Source of the DNA: Patescibacteria group bacterium
GTDB taxonomy: Bacteria; Patescibacteriota; Minisyncoccia; UBA6257; UBA9933
Length of the DNA stretch: 42,496 bases
Assembly (NCBI GenBank): GCA_038065955.1
Contig: JBBTPY010000002.1
Coordinates: 1 to 42,496, forward strand
Reading direction: 5' to 3'
This document shows, piece by piece, positions 9,424-17,715 of this stretch. The position numbers and the translations under genes are program-made. The notes beneath the pieces are model-generated. The model was not told the DNA's origin, did no database searches, and saw only the letters and a program-made list of their open reading frames with translations. Every line of letters begins with the position of its first letter. The first letter of the stretch is position 1.

Positions 9424-10578
9424 ATGCAAAAGATAAAAACTGCAATAGATATTGGCCAGCTAAAAGATCAAAAAGAAGGCTTCAAAGCTTTCGTTCCCAG
9501 TCCCTTTCCTCCAAATGGCGGTTTTGAGTTTGATTCTAAAATTCTCAAGAAAAGCGACGAGGCAACGCGCCTGCTCGGAAAGCTCGACGGTATTACAAAA
9601 CTTCTTCCTGATGTCGATTTTTTCTTGAGTATGTATCTGCGCAAAGACGCCGCTTCATCGAGCCAAATTGAAGGAACGATGGCCACGATGATTGATGCCA
9701 TCGAAGCTGAAGTGCAAGCAAGCGCAAATATTCCGGAAGATGTTGATGACATTTTGCACTATATTAAGGCGCTGAACTATGGAATGAAGCGTGTACAGCA
9801 GGACAACTTTCCCATGTCGCTTCGCTTCGTCCGAGAGCTTCATAAGCAATTAATGGATAAGGCTCGAACGACTCATTATTCCGATCCTGGAGAATTCAGA
9901 AAGTCTCAGAACTGGATAGGCGGTACTCGTCCGGACAATGCGCGTTTCGTTCCTCCTCCTGTCGAAGAAATGCAGGTTGCTCTTAACGATCTTGAAAAAT
10001 TTATGTATTCGAGCGATGACATGCTTACGCTAATTAAGGCGGCGCTTATACACGCGCAATTCGAGACAATCCACCCGTTTCTTGATGGTAACGGCAGAAC
10101 CGGTCGTATGCTGATAACTTTCTACCTTTGGAAAGAGGGCTACTTGGAAAAGCCAGTACTGTTTTTGTCCTCTTACTTCAAGAAGCATCAAAAAGTCTAC
10201 TACGAAAGATTGTTTGGTTATCACTTTGGAAGTGTTTCTGACTGGGTAAATTTCTTTCTCGACGGCGTTATCGAAATTGCCGGCGAGGCTATTGATATTG
10301 TTGGAAATATCACGACCTTACGAGAAAAAGACATGCTAAAAATTCAGACTCTCGGCAAACGCTCCTCGGAGAGCGCGGCTTTGGTATTGCCAAAACTCTA
10401 CGAACAGCCGATTGTTAATGTTGCCACGATCCAAAAATGGACAGGTTTTTCTCGTGTTGGTTCACAGTCCGTAATCAACCGTTTTATTGAAATGGGCATT
10501 CTTACACCAAAAGATAAAGATAAGAAATACGGGCAGTTATATATCTATAAAAAATATATAGATATGTTTGCTGAATAA
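9424..10578 (+). CDS. fic: Fic-family protein (AMPylase type) with an N-terminal inhibitory-helix motif and a C-terminal wHTH
   Basis: The Fic motif HPFLDGNGRTGR is present. An upstream SSQIEG matches the [ST]xxxE[GN] autoinhibition motif. The C-terminal WTGFSRVGSQSVINRFIEMGIL looks like a wHTH. Confidence 0.88.
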   Translation: MQKIKTAIDIGQLKDQKEGFKAFVPSPFPPNGGFEFDSKILKKSDEATRLLGKLDGITKLLPDVDFFLSMYLRKDAASSSQIEGTMATMIDAIEAEVQASANIPEDVDDILHYIKALNYGMKRVQQDNFPMSLRFVRELHKQLMDKARTTHYSDPGEFRKSQNWIGGTRPDNARFVPPPVEEMQVALNDLEKFMYSSDDMLTLIKAALIHAQFETIHPFLDGNGRTGRMLITFYLWKEGYLEKPVLFLSSYFKKHQKVYYERLFGYHFGSVSDWVNFFLDGVIEIAGEAIDIVGNITTLREKDMLKIQTLGKRSSESAALVLPKLYEQPIVNVATIQKWTGFSRVGSQSVINRFIEMGILTPKDKDKKYGQLYIYKKYIDMFAE

Positions 10579-10640
10579 ATTTATGCCAAAGGAAATCGCC
10601 ATGAAAAAGAAAAAAAGAAGTAAGCGCCATAAATTAGATT

Positions 10641-10672
10641 GCCGGCTACCTTCAAAGCCGGCTTTTTATTTT
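10641..10672 (+). terminator. Rho-independent terminator after fic
   Basis: Stem GCCGGCT (10641-10647) pairs with AGCCGGC (10656-10662), followed by TTTTTATTTT. Confidence 0.75.
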
Positions 10673-10682
10673 GTATTTGAAT

Positions 10683-10710
10683 TTGACATTTTCTGAAATG
10701 TTTATATACT
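10683..10710 (+). promoter_or_regulatory. Sigma70-like promoter for the 10781 gene
   Basis: TTGACA (10683-10688), a 16-nt spacer, then TATACT (10705-10710). Confidence 0.45.
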
Positions 10711-10780
10711 TATAAAAGTTTCTTTGATAACAAAATAATAAGAGGAATTCAGAAAAATAAAAATCAAAAGGAGGTATATT

Positions 10781-11194
10781 ATGCAAAAAATGAATAGATG
10801 GCAAAGAATAATGGCTAAGCTTAACGATCCAACAAGAGAAGATAGAAGTATTTCCTACTGGTTAATTCTTTATATCATTTTTAAGAACCGAAAAATAACT
10901 TTTGATGCGATTGAAAATGAAGTAAAGAAATTATGGGGAAAAAGATGGAAGAAGGAAAAGAATTTTTATCTTGATTTTGGGGGATACAGCGATGGATATA
11001 ATTATAATCCTCACAGATTAAGCGATGCGCTATTAAAATGCGAAGAAGACGGTTATATTTTAGAAGTAGAAGATGATGGCATATATTATTATCATATTAC
11101 GGACAAAGGAGCACATGTTATTTTAAAAAGCATTATTTCAGAAAATAAGAGTGTAAAGAATATTATTCTGCCATTAATATTTAATAAGAAGTGA
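10781..11194 (+). CDS. Hypothetical small protein, possibly wHTH
   Basis: 137-aa ORF behind AAAGGAGGT. The tail LSDALLKCEEDGYILEVEDDGIYYYHITDKG resembles a winged-helix wing. The region is very AT-rich. Confidence 0.5.
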   Translation: MQKMNRWQRIMAKLNDPTREDRSISYWLILYIIFKNRKITFDAIENEVKKLWGKRWKKEKNFYLDFGGYSDGYNYNPHRLSDALLKCEEDGYILEVEDDGIYYYHITDKGAHVILKSIISENKSVKNIILPLIFNKK

Positions 11195-11217
11195 AAAGAA
11201 AGAAAGAAAGAAAGAAA
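11193..11217 (+). repeat. (GAAA)n tetranucleotide microsatellite just upstream of an SD
   Basis: The sequence is GAAAA followed by five GAAA units. It abuts the GGAGGTG SD of the 11232 ORF. Confidence 0.9.
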
Positions 11218-11231
11218 GGAGGTGATTAATA

Positions 11232-11438
11232 ATGATTAAACTTTTTAGAATGATTAAAAAGTTTTTTAGTAAGATAATCATAATTAAAGCGCGAAAAGTT
11301 AGGGTAGAAGATATATTAAAAATGGATGGAGGAAAAATTGTAAGTGATATAATTCGAAGGGTTGAAAGAGAAAAAGAAATAAAAGAAAATGATTCGTGGT
11401 CAGATTACGACGCCTGGAATAATTGGGATAAAGTGTAG
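11232..11438 (+). CDS. Hypothetical small protein
   Basis: 68-aa ORF with a strong SD (AAGGAGGTG) 7 nt upstream. No motif was recognised. Confidence 0.4.
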   Translation: MIKLFRMIKKFFSKIIIIKARKVRVEDILKMDGGKIVSDIIRRVEREKEIKENDSWSDYDAWNNWDKV

Positions 11439-11462
11439 ATAATAAAGGTCATTAAACAATTT

Positions 11463-11490
11463 AAAAGAGCCTGACCAGCTCTTTTTTTTT
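11463..11490. terminator. Bidirectional terminator between the 11232 ORF and thiI
   Basis: Stem AAAAGAGC pairs with GCTCTTTT around loop CTGACCA. A T-run lies on the plus strand and an A-run on the other side. Confidence 0.65.
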
Positions 11491-12725
11491 TATACTTCTT
11501 TAATTTCAATATTTTTGACGGCCGTTGAAATTAATTTTTTAATATCAAGATTTTTCTCGGCGAGTTTGACGCTTTTTATGTCGGCTTTTGTTTCCGGATG
11601 AAGGGGCGCGAATAAAGAGCAAGTGTCGTCGCAGGGGAGGATTGAAGTTTCATAAGTGCCGATTCGTCTGGCAACAGATATAATTTCTTCTTTATCAAAG
11701 CCGGCGAGCGGCCTTATAACGGGAATTTTCACCGCTTCTTCAACGGCTTTTATGTTGTCCAAAGTTTGCGAAGCCACCTGGCCGATTGATTCGCCGGTAA
11801 TTAAAACTTTCGCCATTTCTTTTTCGGCGATTTTTTCGGCGATTCTAAACATAAACCGGCGATAAAGGACAACTCTTAATTTTTCGGGAATTTTTTTAGA
11901 AGAAACGATTTCTTGCTGGATTTTCGCGAAAGGAACGAGAATAAGTTTTGATTTTTGCTGAAATTTATTCAAAATGCCGATTAATTCTTCCACCCTTTTA
12001 ACGGAATTTTTTGAAGTATAAGGATAAGAATGAAAATGGAGATAAATAGTTTCAACGCCTCTTTTTTGGGAGAAATAAGCGGCAATTGGCGAGTCAATGC
12101 CGCCGGAAATTAAAACAATTCCTTTGCCGCTTGAACCGGCCGGCAAGCCACCCGGCCCTTTGATTTTTTCCAGATATAAAAAAGAGGATTTATCGGCCCA
12201 CGCACCAGAGCGAAGCTCGATGCGGGACTTCGCCTTATCGCATTGAGTGCGATAAGGCTCCGCGATTTCAATAAAAACGGCAATATCCGGGTTTTCCAAA
12301 TCAACCCGTATTTTCTTTTTCAAATTTTTTAAAACAAACTCGCCGACTTTTTCATTGATTTGTTGGGAATTTAAGGGGAAATTTTTTTCCGCTCTTTTGG
12401 CGTGTATTTTGAAAGTTTCAAATTTTTTATCTTTAATAAGTTCAAGCGCCGCGTTTTCAATGGCGTCTATTTTTTGTTCGGTTTCAATCGCAAAAGCAAA
12501 ATAGGCGAGACCGAAGATATTTTTTAACACATCCGATGGCTGGCTGTTCCCCTTTAATTTAATTAAAATTCTTCCGGAAATTTTTTTAACAAACTCAAAA
12601 CTGTCCGGCGCCTGATTTTGGAGCGCCGTTTTAATATTGTCAACAAGTTTTTTTTCGAAAAATCCGCGATTTCCTTTTTTCAGGGCGATTTCCGCATAAT
12701 GGCAAATGACATAATTAAGATTCAT
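11490..12725 (-). CDS. thiI: tRNA 4-thiouridine synthase ThiI (THUMP + PP-loop) carrying an atypical insert
   Basis: 411 aa with a THUMP-like N-terminal half, GGLPAGSSGKGIVLISGGIDSPIAAY (SGGxDS PP-loop) and no rhodanese domain. An extra GC-rich segment encodes AEPYRTQCDKAKSRIELRSGAWADKS. Confidence 0.88.
   Translation of the reverse strand: MNLNYVICHYAEIALKKGNRGFFEKKLVDNIKTALQNQAPDSFEFVKKISGRILIKLKGNSQPSDVLKNIFGLAYFAFAIETEQKIDAIENAALELIKDKKFETFKIHAKRAEKNFPLNSQQINEKVGEFVLKNLKKKIRVDLENPDIAVFIEIAEPYRTQCDKAKSRIELRSGAWADKSSFLYLEKIKGPGGLPAGSSGKGIVLISGGIDSPIAAYFSQKRGVETIYLHFHSYPYTSKNSVKRVEELIGILNKFQQKSKLILVPFAKIQQEIVSSKKIPEKLRVVLYRRFMFRIAEKIAEKEMAKVLITGESIGQVASQTLDNIKAVEEAVKIPVIRPLAGFDKEEIISVARRIGTYETSILPCDDTCSLFAPLHPETKADIKSVKLAEKNLDIKKLISTAVKNIEIKEV
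12196..12265. repeat. GC-rich double-palindrome element inserted in-frame within thiI
   Basis: GCCTTATCGCA (12232-12242) pairs with TGCGATAAGGC (12248-12258), a perfect 11-bp inverted repeat. GCGAAG (12210-12215) pairs with CTTCGC (12228-12233). The composition contrasts clearly with the flanking AT-rich coding sequence. Confidence 0.6.
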
Positions 12726-12803
12726 TTTTAAATTTTAACGCAATAATTTTTTATGAGCAAATAATTTGCGAAAATTAAAAAAAAGGTTAAAATTTATTTA
12801 TTG

Positions 12804-13367
12804 ATGATTAGTTATATAGCGTTTGTTAAATCATTTTTGATGAACCCGTTGCGAGTCGGAGCATTAGTTCCGAGTTCTCCTTATTTGGCCGAAAAGATGG
12901 CCGACTTGGCGGATTTTTCCGGCGCCAAATGCGTTGTTGAATTCGGCAGCGGCACCGGCTCTGTCACTAAAAAAATTCTCCGGCGTTTGCCGGAAGATTG
13001 CGTTTTATTGTCTTTTGAAATAGAAAAGTCATTTGCCGAGCGATTGAAAAAATCTTTTAACGATAAGCGCCTGATTGTCATAAACGACAGCGCCGAGCAG
13101 TTGGCGAAATACTTAAAAAAATACGGTTATAAACGAGCAGATTGCGTTATTTCGTGTTTGCCATTGGCTTCTTTGCCGAACGGCACGACTAAGCGGATTT
13201 TGGAAGCGGCGAAAGAATTTTTAAAAAACGGCGGTTATTATATCCAAATACAATATTCTTTGAACGATTTCAATAATTTAAAAAAAGTTTTTTCTAATGT
13301 CCGTCTGGGTTTTGAAATTCGCAATTTCCCGCCGGCTTTTATTTATATTTGCGAAAAAAATATTTAA
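12804..13367 (+). CDS. Class I SAM-dependent methyltransferase
   Basis: Motif I is VVEFGSGTGSVTKKIL, followed by an acidic residue after beta-2 (LLSFEIE). I prefer ATG 12804 over TTG 12801. Confidence 0.65.
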   Translation: MISYIAFVKSFLMNPLRVGALVPSSPYLAEKMADLADFSGAKCVVEFGSGTGSVTKKILRRLPEDCVLLSFEIEKSFAERLKKSFNDKRLIVINDSAEQLAKYLKKYGYKRADCVISCLPLASLPNGTTKRILEAAKEFLKNGGYYIQIQYSLNDFNNLKKVFSNVRLGFEIRNFPPAFIYICEKNI

Positions 13368-13395
13368 TGATTATAATATAATTATTACAGACCTT

Positions 13396-14187
13396 ATGAA
13401 CGAAAGAATAAAAAATTATTTGGGCGGCGCGATTATTGTTGTTTTATTTATTTTCGCTTACGCGGCGTTCGTTTATGTTGATTCTTATTCCAAATCAATT
13501 GAGCCGTCGTCTTTCCGCAGTTTTTCGGCAAGCGCCGAAGGCAAGGTAACGGCTATTCCCGATGTGGCGAGTTTCAGTTTTAGCGTGATTACGCAGGGAG
13601 GGAAAGATATCGCCAAAATCCAAAAAGAAAATACCGGAAAAGTCAACAAAATAATTGAGCTTGTAAAGTCCGAAAGCGTGGAAAACAAAGACATTAAAAC
13701 GCAAAGTTATAATTTAGAGCCGCGTTATCAGTATTTTAATTGTTATCAGCCGTTGAGCGGATCGGGCAGTGAATCAAAACCGTGTCCGCCTCCGGAAATC
13801 GTCGGTTATACGATAACTCAGGCGGTTTCTGTTAAAATCAGGAATTTTGAGAAAATCGGCGGCATTCTTTCGGGCGTTGTGGAAAAAGGCGCTAATTCGG
13901 TTTCCCAGCTTTCTTTTGTTATTGACAAGCCGGATAAAATTAAAGAACAGGCAAGGGAAGAGGCGATTAAAAAAGCCAAGGAAAATGCCAAAAGCATTGC
14001 CAGGGCCGGAGGTTTCAATGTCGGCAAGTTGCTTTCAATTGAAGAGGGAGGGGATTATCAGATGCCGATTTACAGAACAATGGGGATGGCTTCGGTTTCA
14101 GATGAAAAGGGATTGCCGTCTCCGACTATTGAACCGGGCTCGCAGGAAATAACCGTTAATATTATTTTAAGATACGAAATAGATTAA
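13396..14187 (+). CDS. SIMPL-domain (DUF541-like) exported protein
   Basis: The start is set at ATG 13396 (MNERIKNYLGGAIIVVLFIF, a TM/signal segment). The body GKVTAIPDVASFSFSV..NLEPRYQY..GYTITQAVSVKIRNF matches the SIMPL pattern. The track's 13297 start overlaps the methyltransferase. Confidence 0.65.
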   Translation: MNERIKNYLGGAIIVVLFIFAYAAFVYVDSYSKSIEPSSFRSFSASAEGKVTAIPDVASFSFSVITQGGKDIAKIQKENTGKVNKIIELVKSESVENKDIKTQSYNLEPRYQYFNCYQPLSGSGSESKPCPPPEIVGYTITQAVSVKIRNFEKIGGILSGVVEKGANSVSQLSFVIDKPDKIKEQAREEAIKKAKENAKSIARAGGFNVGKLLSIEEGGDYQMPIYRTMGMASVSDEKGLPSPTIEPGSQEITVNIILRYEID

Positions 14188-14189
14188 TA

Positions 14190-14219
14190 AAAATTCCGTC
14201 TTAAGACGGAATTTTATTT
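14190..14219 (+). terminator. Rho-independent terminator after the SIMPL gene
   Basis: AAATTCCGTC, TTAA, GACGGAATTT forms a perfect palindrome and is followed by TATTTT. Confidence 0.7.
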
Positions 14220-14303
14220 TGGTGCCCGGGGAGAGAGTCGAACTCTCATGCCTTGCGGCACACGATTTTGAGTCGTGCGTGTCTGCCATTCCACCACCCG
14301 GGC
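14220..14303 (-). tRNA. tRNA-Leu (anticodon CAA), CCA encoded
   Basis: The 84-nt reverse complement has acceptor GCCCGGG pairing with CCCGGGC. The anticodon arm is CACGA-CTCAAAA-TCGTG. There is a long variable arm (GCCGCAAGGC). The T arm is GAGAG-TTCGACT-CTCTC. Confidence 0.9.
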
Positions 14304-14354
14304 AAATTTTTTTGCGGGCTTGTTAAAAAATTTATTATACCATAAAATATCATT

Positions 14355-15470
14355 ATGGCAGACGAAAATCAAGATATTTCTTCGCAAAATTTAGGCGCTC
14401 AACTTAGTGATTCTTCGGCTCAAATGCCGCCGATTCAAGCGCCGCTTGTTCAGGCACCGATGAAAGTTGAGCAAGAACAGCCGCCGATGATTATTGAAAA
14501 GCCGGAGGCGTTAATTGAGCAAAATCAGCCGAAAGAAGAAATAATTAAAGAAGCGACCTATGAAGAACCGTCCAAATTGCCGGAACCGCGGGAGTCGGGA
14601 ACCGCAGGGTTTCAAGGGCGGAGCGGCGCTTATCATCATCGCCACAAAGCGCTTGAAAACGACGCGGTTTTTCAGATAGAAGTTGATAAAATAAAGCCTA
14701 ATCCTTATCAGCCGCGAAAGGATTTCAGCGAGGAATCATTGAAAGAGCTGGCTTCTTCAATCAGAGAATTCGGCATTATTCAGCCGTTGGTGGTTTCAAA
14801 AATAGAAAAAGAAACGGAAAACGGCACTGCGGTTGAATATCAATTAATTGCCGGAGAAAGACGCTGGCGGGCGGCTAAATTGGTCGGACTGGAAAGAGTG
14901 CCAGTTATTATTCGTAGAGTTTCCCGCGACCAGGAACTGATGGAGCTTGCGATTGTGGAAAATATCCAAAGAGCGGATCTTAATCCGATTGAAACCGCCA
15001 GGGCTTACGCCCGTCTTTCCGACGAGTTTCGTTTGACTCAGAGAGAAATCGCGGCTCGCGTCGGCAAAAGCCGTGAGACTATTGCCAATAATTTAAGGAT
15101 TTTAAATTTGCCGACCGATATTCAGAACGCGGTGGCGGAAAATAAAATCAGTGAAAGCCAGGCGCGATTGCTTTTAATGATTGATGATTCAATTCAGCAA
15201 AATGCGTTTTTTCAGGATTTGCTGAATAAAAATTTAAGCGTTCGCGAATTACGAAATCGCATTCGTAAAACTAATCAACAGCCAATAACCGATGTTCAAC
15301 GGCAAAAAATCGTTGACCCGGAGGTTTATCAATTTGAGGAACAGTTGTCCAATTATTTTGGCGCGCCAGTAAAGATTGAAAAATCCGGCGAGCAGGGAAA
15401 AATTATAATCTCATTTTATTCTCCCGAGGAGATTAAAGGAATTATCCAGAAACTAAAAACTAACGACTAA
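14355..15470 (+). CDS. parB: ParB/Spo0J partition protein with a long low-complexity N-terminal extension
   Basis: IKPNPYQPRKDFSEESLKELASSIREFGIIQPLVV and GERRWRAAKLVGLERVPVII are ParB boxes, followed by an HTH (LTQREIAARVGKSRETIANNLR). The first ~100 aa are Q/P/E-rich. No parA is adjacent. Confidence 0.88.
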   Translation: MADENQDISSQNLGAQLSDSSAQMPPIQAPLVQAPMKVEQEQPPMIIEKPEALIEQNQPKEEIIKEATYEEPSKLPEPRESGTAGFQGRSGAYHHRHKALENDAVFQIEVDKIKPNPYQPRKDFSEESLKELASSIREFGIIQPLVVSKIEKETENGTAVEYQLIAGERRWRAAKLVGLERVPVIIRRVSRDQELMELAIVENIQRADLNPIETARAYARLSDEFRLTQREIAARVGKSRETIANNLRILNLPTDIQNAVAENKISESQARLLLMIDDSIQQNAFFQDLLNKNLSVRELRNRIRKTNQQPITDVQRQKIVDPEVYQFEEQLSNYFGAPVKIEKSGEQGKIIISFYSPEEIKGIIQKLKTND

Positions 15471-15475
15471 CGACT
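15459..15475. repeat. Copy of the dispersed ACGACTA heptamer repeat
   Basis: ACTAACGACTAACGACT supplies the last codons and stop of parB (..KTND*). It lies in the 5-nt gap to the convergent rel stop. Confidence 0.8.
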
Positions 15476-17182
15476 TTAGACTAATTTATAATTTATTTCT
15501 TTCACTCCTTTAACTTCTTTTAATTTTAAAATTAATTTCTCAATTTTTTCTTTGTCGCTGACGGCGCAGCGGATTTTAAGGACAGGAAGCCGGTCTGTTT
15601 TCGGAATATCGGCCCTGAGAATGTTTATATGAGAGCGGGAAATGACCAAAGACAGGTCTTTAAGGAGGCCGATTCGGTCGCTGGCAATGATTTTAAATTC
15701 GGTTTCCGCGATTTGCCGAATAGAAGAGCGTTTATGAACGGCTGATTTGATTTTTCGCCGCGCCGAAGCAGTTTTAATGAATTTCAGCCAGGACTCCGAC
15801 GGTTTTTTGCTTTTTTGAATCATAATCTCCACTAAATCGCCGGATTGCAATTGATGGTCAAGCGGCGCTATTTTGCCGTTTATTTTCGCGCCGATCGTCT
15901 GGTCGCCGATTTGACTGTGAATGGCGTAAGCGAAATCTACCGGTGTGGAACCGGCCGGCAGGTCTAAGACTTCGCCTTTCGGAGTAATGACGAAAATTCT
16001 GTCTTTCAGAAAATCAATTTTAAAAGAATGGATAAATTCTTCGGAATTCGGAATTTCTTTCTGCCATTCTTTCAGTTGTTTTATCCAGGCCGCTTCTTTT
16101 TTATCGGCGAAAATGGTTTTTCCTCTTTGATAGCGCTTGCCGGTTTTTGATTCGGCGTAAGCCCAATAAGCGGCGATGCCGTTTTCGGCTTCTTCGTGCA
16201 TTTCTTGGGTCCGGATTTGAAATTCCGTCGGTTTATTATCTATACATAAGACCGTGGTATGCAAAGAGCGATAACCGTTTGGTTTCGGTAGGGCGATATA
16301 GTCTTTGATTTTGCCGGGCAAGGGCGGCCAGAATTGATGGATTATCCCCATTGTCGCGTAGCATTCTTCAATTGTTTTGACGATAATTCTTAAAGCCACC
16401 AGGTCGTAGATTTGGTCAAGATTCATATCGCAGCGAAAAAGTTTTTTATACAAACTGCTCCAGCGCTTGGCGCGGGCGTCTATTTTGAGCGGCAAAATGC
16501 CGTTTTCTTTGAACTTATCTTTAATCGCGATTTTAACTTTTTCCAAATATTTTTGGCGCTTATCGTATTTTTCTTTAATGTTTTCAATCAGCCATTTATG
16601 TTCTTGCGGATGGATGTAAGAAAACGCCAAATCTTCCAGTTCGCCGGATAAATTTACCATTCCCAGGCGATACGCCAAAGGCGCGTAAATTTCCGAAGTT
16701 TCTAGAGCGATTCTTTTTTGTTTTTGAGGAGGAATAGCCGAAAGCGTTTTCATATTGTGCAGGCGGTCGGCCAGCTTAATTAATATCACTCGCAGGTCTT
16801 CGCTTAAAGCCAGAATCATTTTGCGCAGATTTTCCGCTTGAGCGCTTTCGCGATATTTTATCCGGCTTATTTTAGTGACGCCGTCAACCAAAAAGGCGAT
16901 TTCTTCGCCAAATTCTTTTTTAATGTCTTCAAGCGTAAAAGAAGTGTCTTCCGCGACATCGTGAAGCAGGGCGGCGGCGACGGTTTCGGCGTCAAGCCGC
17001 CATTCGGCGGTTTTCAAAGCCGTTTCATAACAATGATTAAAATACGGCTCGCCGGATTTTCTTTTTTGGCCGCGATGGGCGTTTTCGGCGAACTTAAATG
17101 ATTTTTCAATAAGGTTTATTTCGGTTTCCGCGAGCGGCCTGTTTTTTCGCGCTTCCGCGAGAAGTTTCTTGACATCAGTCAT
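15476..17182 (-). CDS. rel: Bifunctional (p)ppGpp synthetase/hydrolase (RelA/SpoT homologue), compact form
   Basis: The HD hydrolase motif is AALLHDVAEDT. The synthetase region contains NGYRSLHTTV. The TGS domain contains ITPKGEVLDLPAGSTPVDFAYAIHSQIG. An ACT-like domain lies at the C-terminus. 568 aa. Confidence 0.92.
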   Translation of the reverse strand: MTDVKKLLAEARKNRPLAETEINLIEKSFKFAENAHRGQKRKSGEPYFNHCYETALKTAEWRLDAETVAAALLHDVAEDTSFTLEDIKKEFGEEIAFLVDGVTKISRIKYRESAQAENLRKMILALSEDLRVILIKLADRLHNMKTLSAIPPQKQKRIALETSEIYAPLAYRLGMVNLSGELEDLAFSYIHPQEHKWLIENIKEKYDKRQKYLEKVKIAIKDKFKENGILPLKIDARAKRWSSLYKKLFRCDMNLDQIYDLVALRIIVKTIEECYATMGIIHQFWPPLPGKIKDYIALPKPNGYRSLHTTVLCIDNKPTEFQIRTQEMHEEAENGIAAYWAYAESKTGKRYQRGKTIFADKKEAAWIKQLKEWQKEIPNSEEFIHSFKIDFLKDRIFVITPKGEVLDLPAGSTPVDFAYAIHSQIGDQTIGAKINGKIAPLDHQLQSGDLVEIMIQKSKKPSESWLKFIKTASARRKIKSAVHKRSSIRQIAETEFKIIASDRIGLLKDLSLVISRSHINILRADIPKTDRLPVLKIRCAVSDKEKIEKLILKLKEVKGVKEINYKLV

Positions 17183-17230
17183 GATTAAAGTTTATTATTA
17201 TTTTAGTTGTTTTCCAAGGCTATCGTTTAT

Positions 17231-17309
17231 CGGGGCGCGTCCTTTCCTTTGCGGAAAACGGATAAGTCGGATTAGGTCCATAAGACCTTAAAAAACCGAC
17301 GGCGCCTCG
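17231..17309. other. GC-rich structured intergenic element (candidate cis-regulatory or small RNA, class unknown)
   Basis: The closing helix pairs 17231-17238 with 17302-17309 (8 bp, one G.U). Inner hairpins are TTTCC/GGAAA and GTCGG..AGGTC-CATAA-GACCT..CCGAC. It sits in an otherwise AT-rich spacer between rel and the 17352 gene. Confidence 0.35.
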
Positions 17310-17351
17310 ACCAAATTATAAACCAAATTACAAGAAAGGAGGAGAAGGAAT

Positions 17352-17675
17352 ATGAAAAAGAGGAAAGGATTAGGATTTTCAAGAATGGAAAACGAAAATT
17401 TTCCGTTTGATAAAGATTTAGATTTTCAGGAGAAAGGAAGAGTGAAAATAGAGGAGCGAAAAAAAGAAGAAAAGTATGAAAGATATGAATGCAGAGTGTG
17501 CGGTAATATAATAGAAACGGATCCGTTGAAAGTCCCTGGGGTTTGTAATGAATGTAACGCTCTTGATTATCCGTTTCAAAAGAAACAGAAACGTTCTTAT
17601 CATTATAGTAAATATGGAGAAAGGGAGTTTTGGATATCGTTATCTATGGCTCGACATCAGCCTGATGAAATTTGA
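17352..17675 (+). CDS. Small zinc-ribbon protein (hypothetical)
   Basis: 107 aa behind AAGGAGGAG. It carries a CxxC..CxxC pair (CRVCGN...GVCNECN). Confidence 0.5.
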   Translation: MKKRKGLGFSRMENENFPFDKDLDFQEKGRVKIEERKKEEKYERYECRVCGNIIETDPLKVPGVCNECNALDYPFQKKQKRSYHYSKYGEREFWISLSMARHQPDEI

Positions 17676-17715
17676 CCCGCGTTATTATGGGCGCTTATCG
17701 CAAGCGCCCTTTTTT

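Noticed and set aside
9187-9429. 80-aa minus-strand ORF between tRNA-Glu and fic
   Set aside because: It has no SD and odd composition, and it overlaps the fic promoter/operator region. It is more likely non-coding spacer or decayed sequence.
10583-10696. 37-codon ORF (MPKEIAMKKKKRSKRH..) right after fic
   Set aside because: It runs straight through the fic terminator hairpin and T-tract and lacks an SD, so it is probably not coding.
9141-11490. Searched for a direct repeat of the tRNA-Glu 3' end (att site) and an integrase bounding the Fic islet
   Set aside because: No copy of the GGTTCGATTCCCCTTGGGAGCACCA segment or a recombinase ORF was found by eye. The mobile-element status therefore remains only an inference.
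13847-14152. 101-aa ORF in an alternative frame of the SIMPL gene
   Set aside because: It is Arg/Lys-rich out-of-frame read-through of a supported CDS, with no start context.
14355-14660. Q/P/E-rich N-terminal ~100 aa of ParB as a separate gene or repeat element
   Set aside because: It is continuous in frame with the ParB core. Low-complexity extensions are common and no DNA-level repeat was seen.
17231-17309. Tried to assign the structured element to ykkC/(p)ppGpp, purine, SRP or 6S RNA classes
   Set aside because: The conserved sequence blocks I remember for those classes (for example GGUCCGAGAG/ACGR/GGGA for ykkC, and the SRP domain IV motif) are not present. It is left unclassified.
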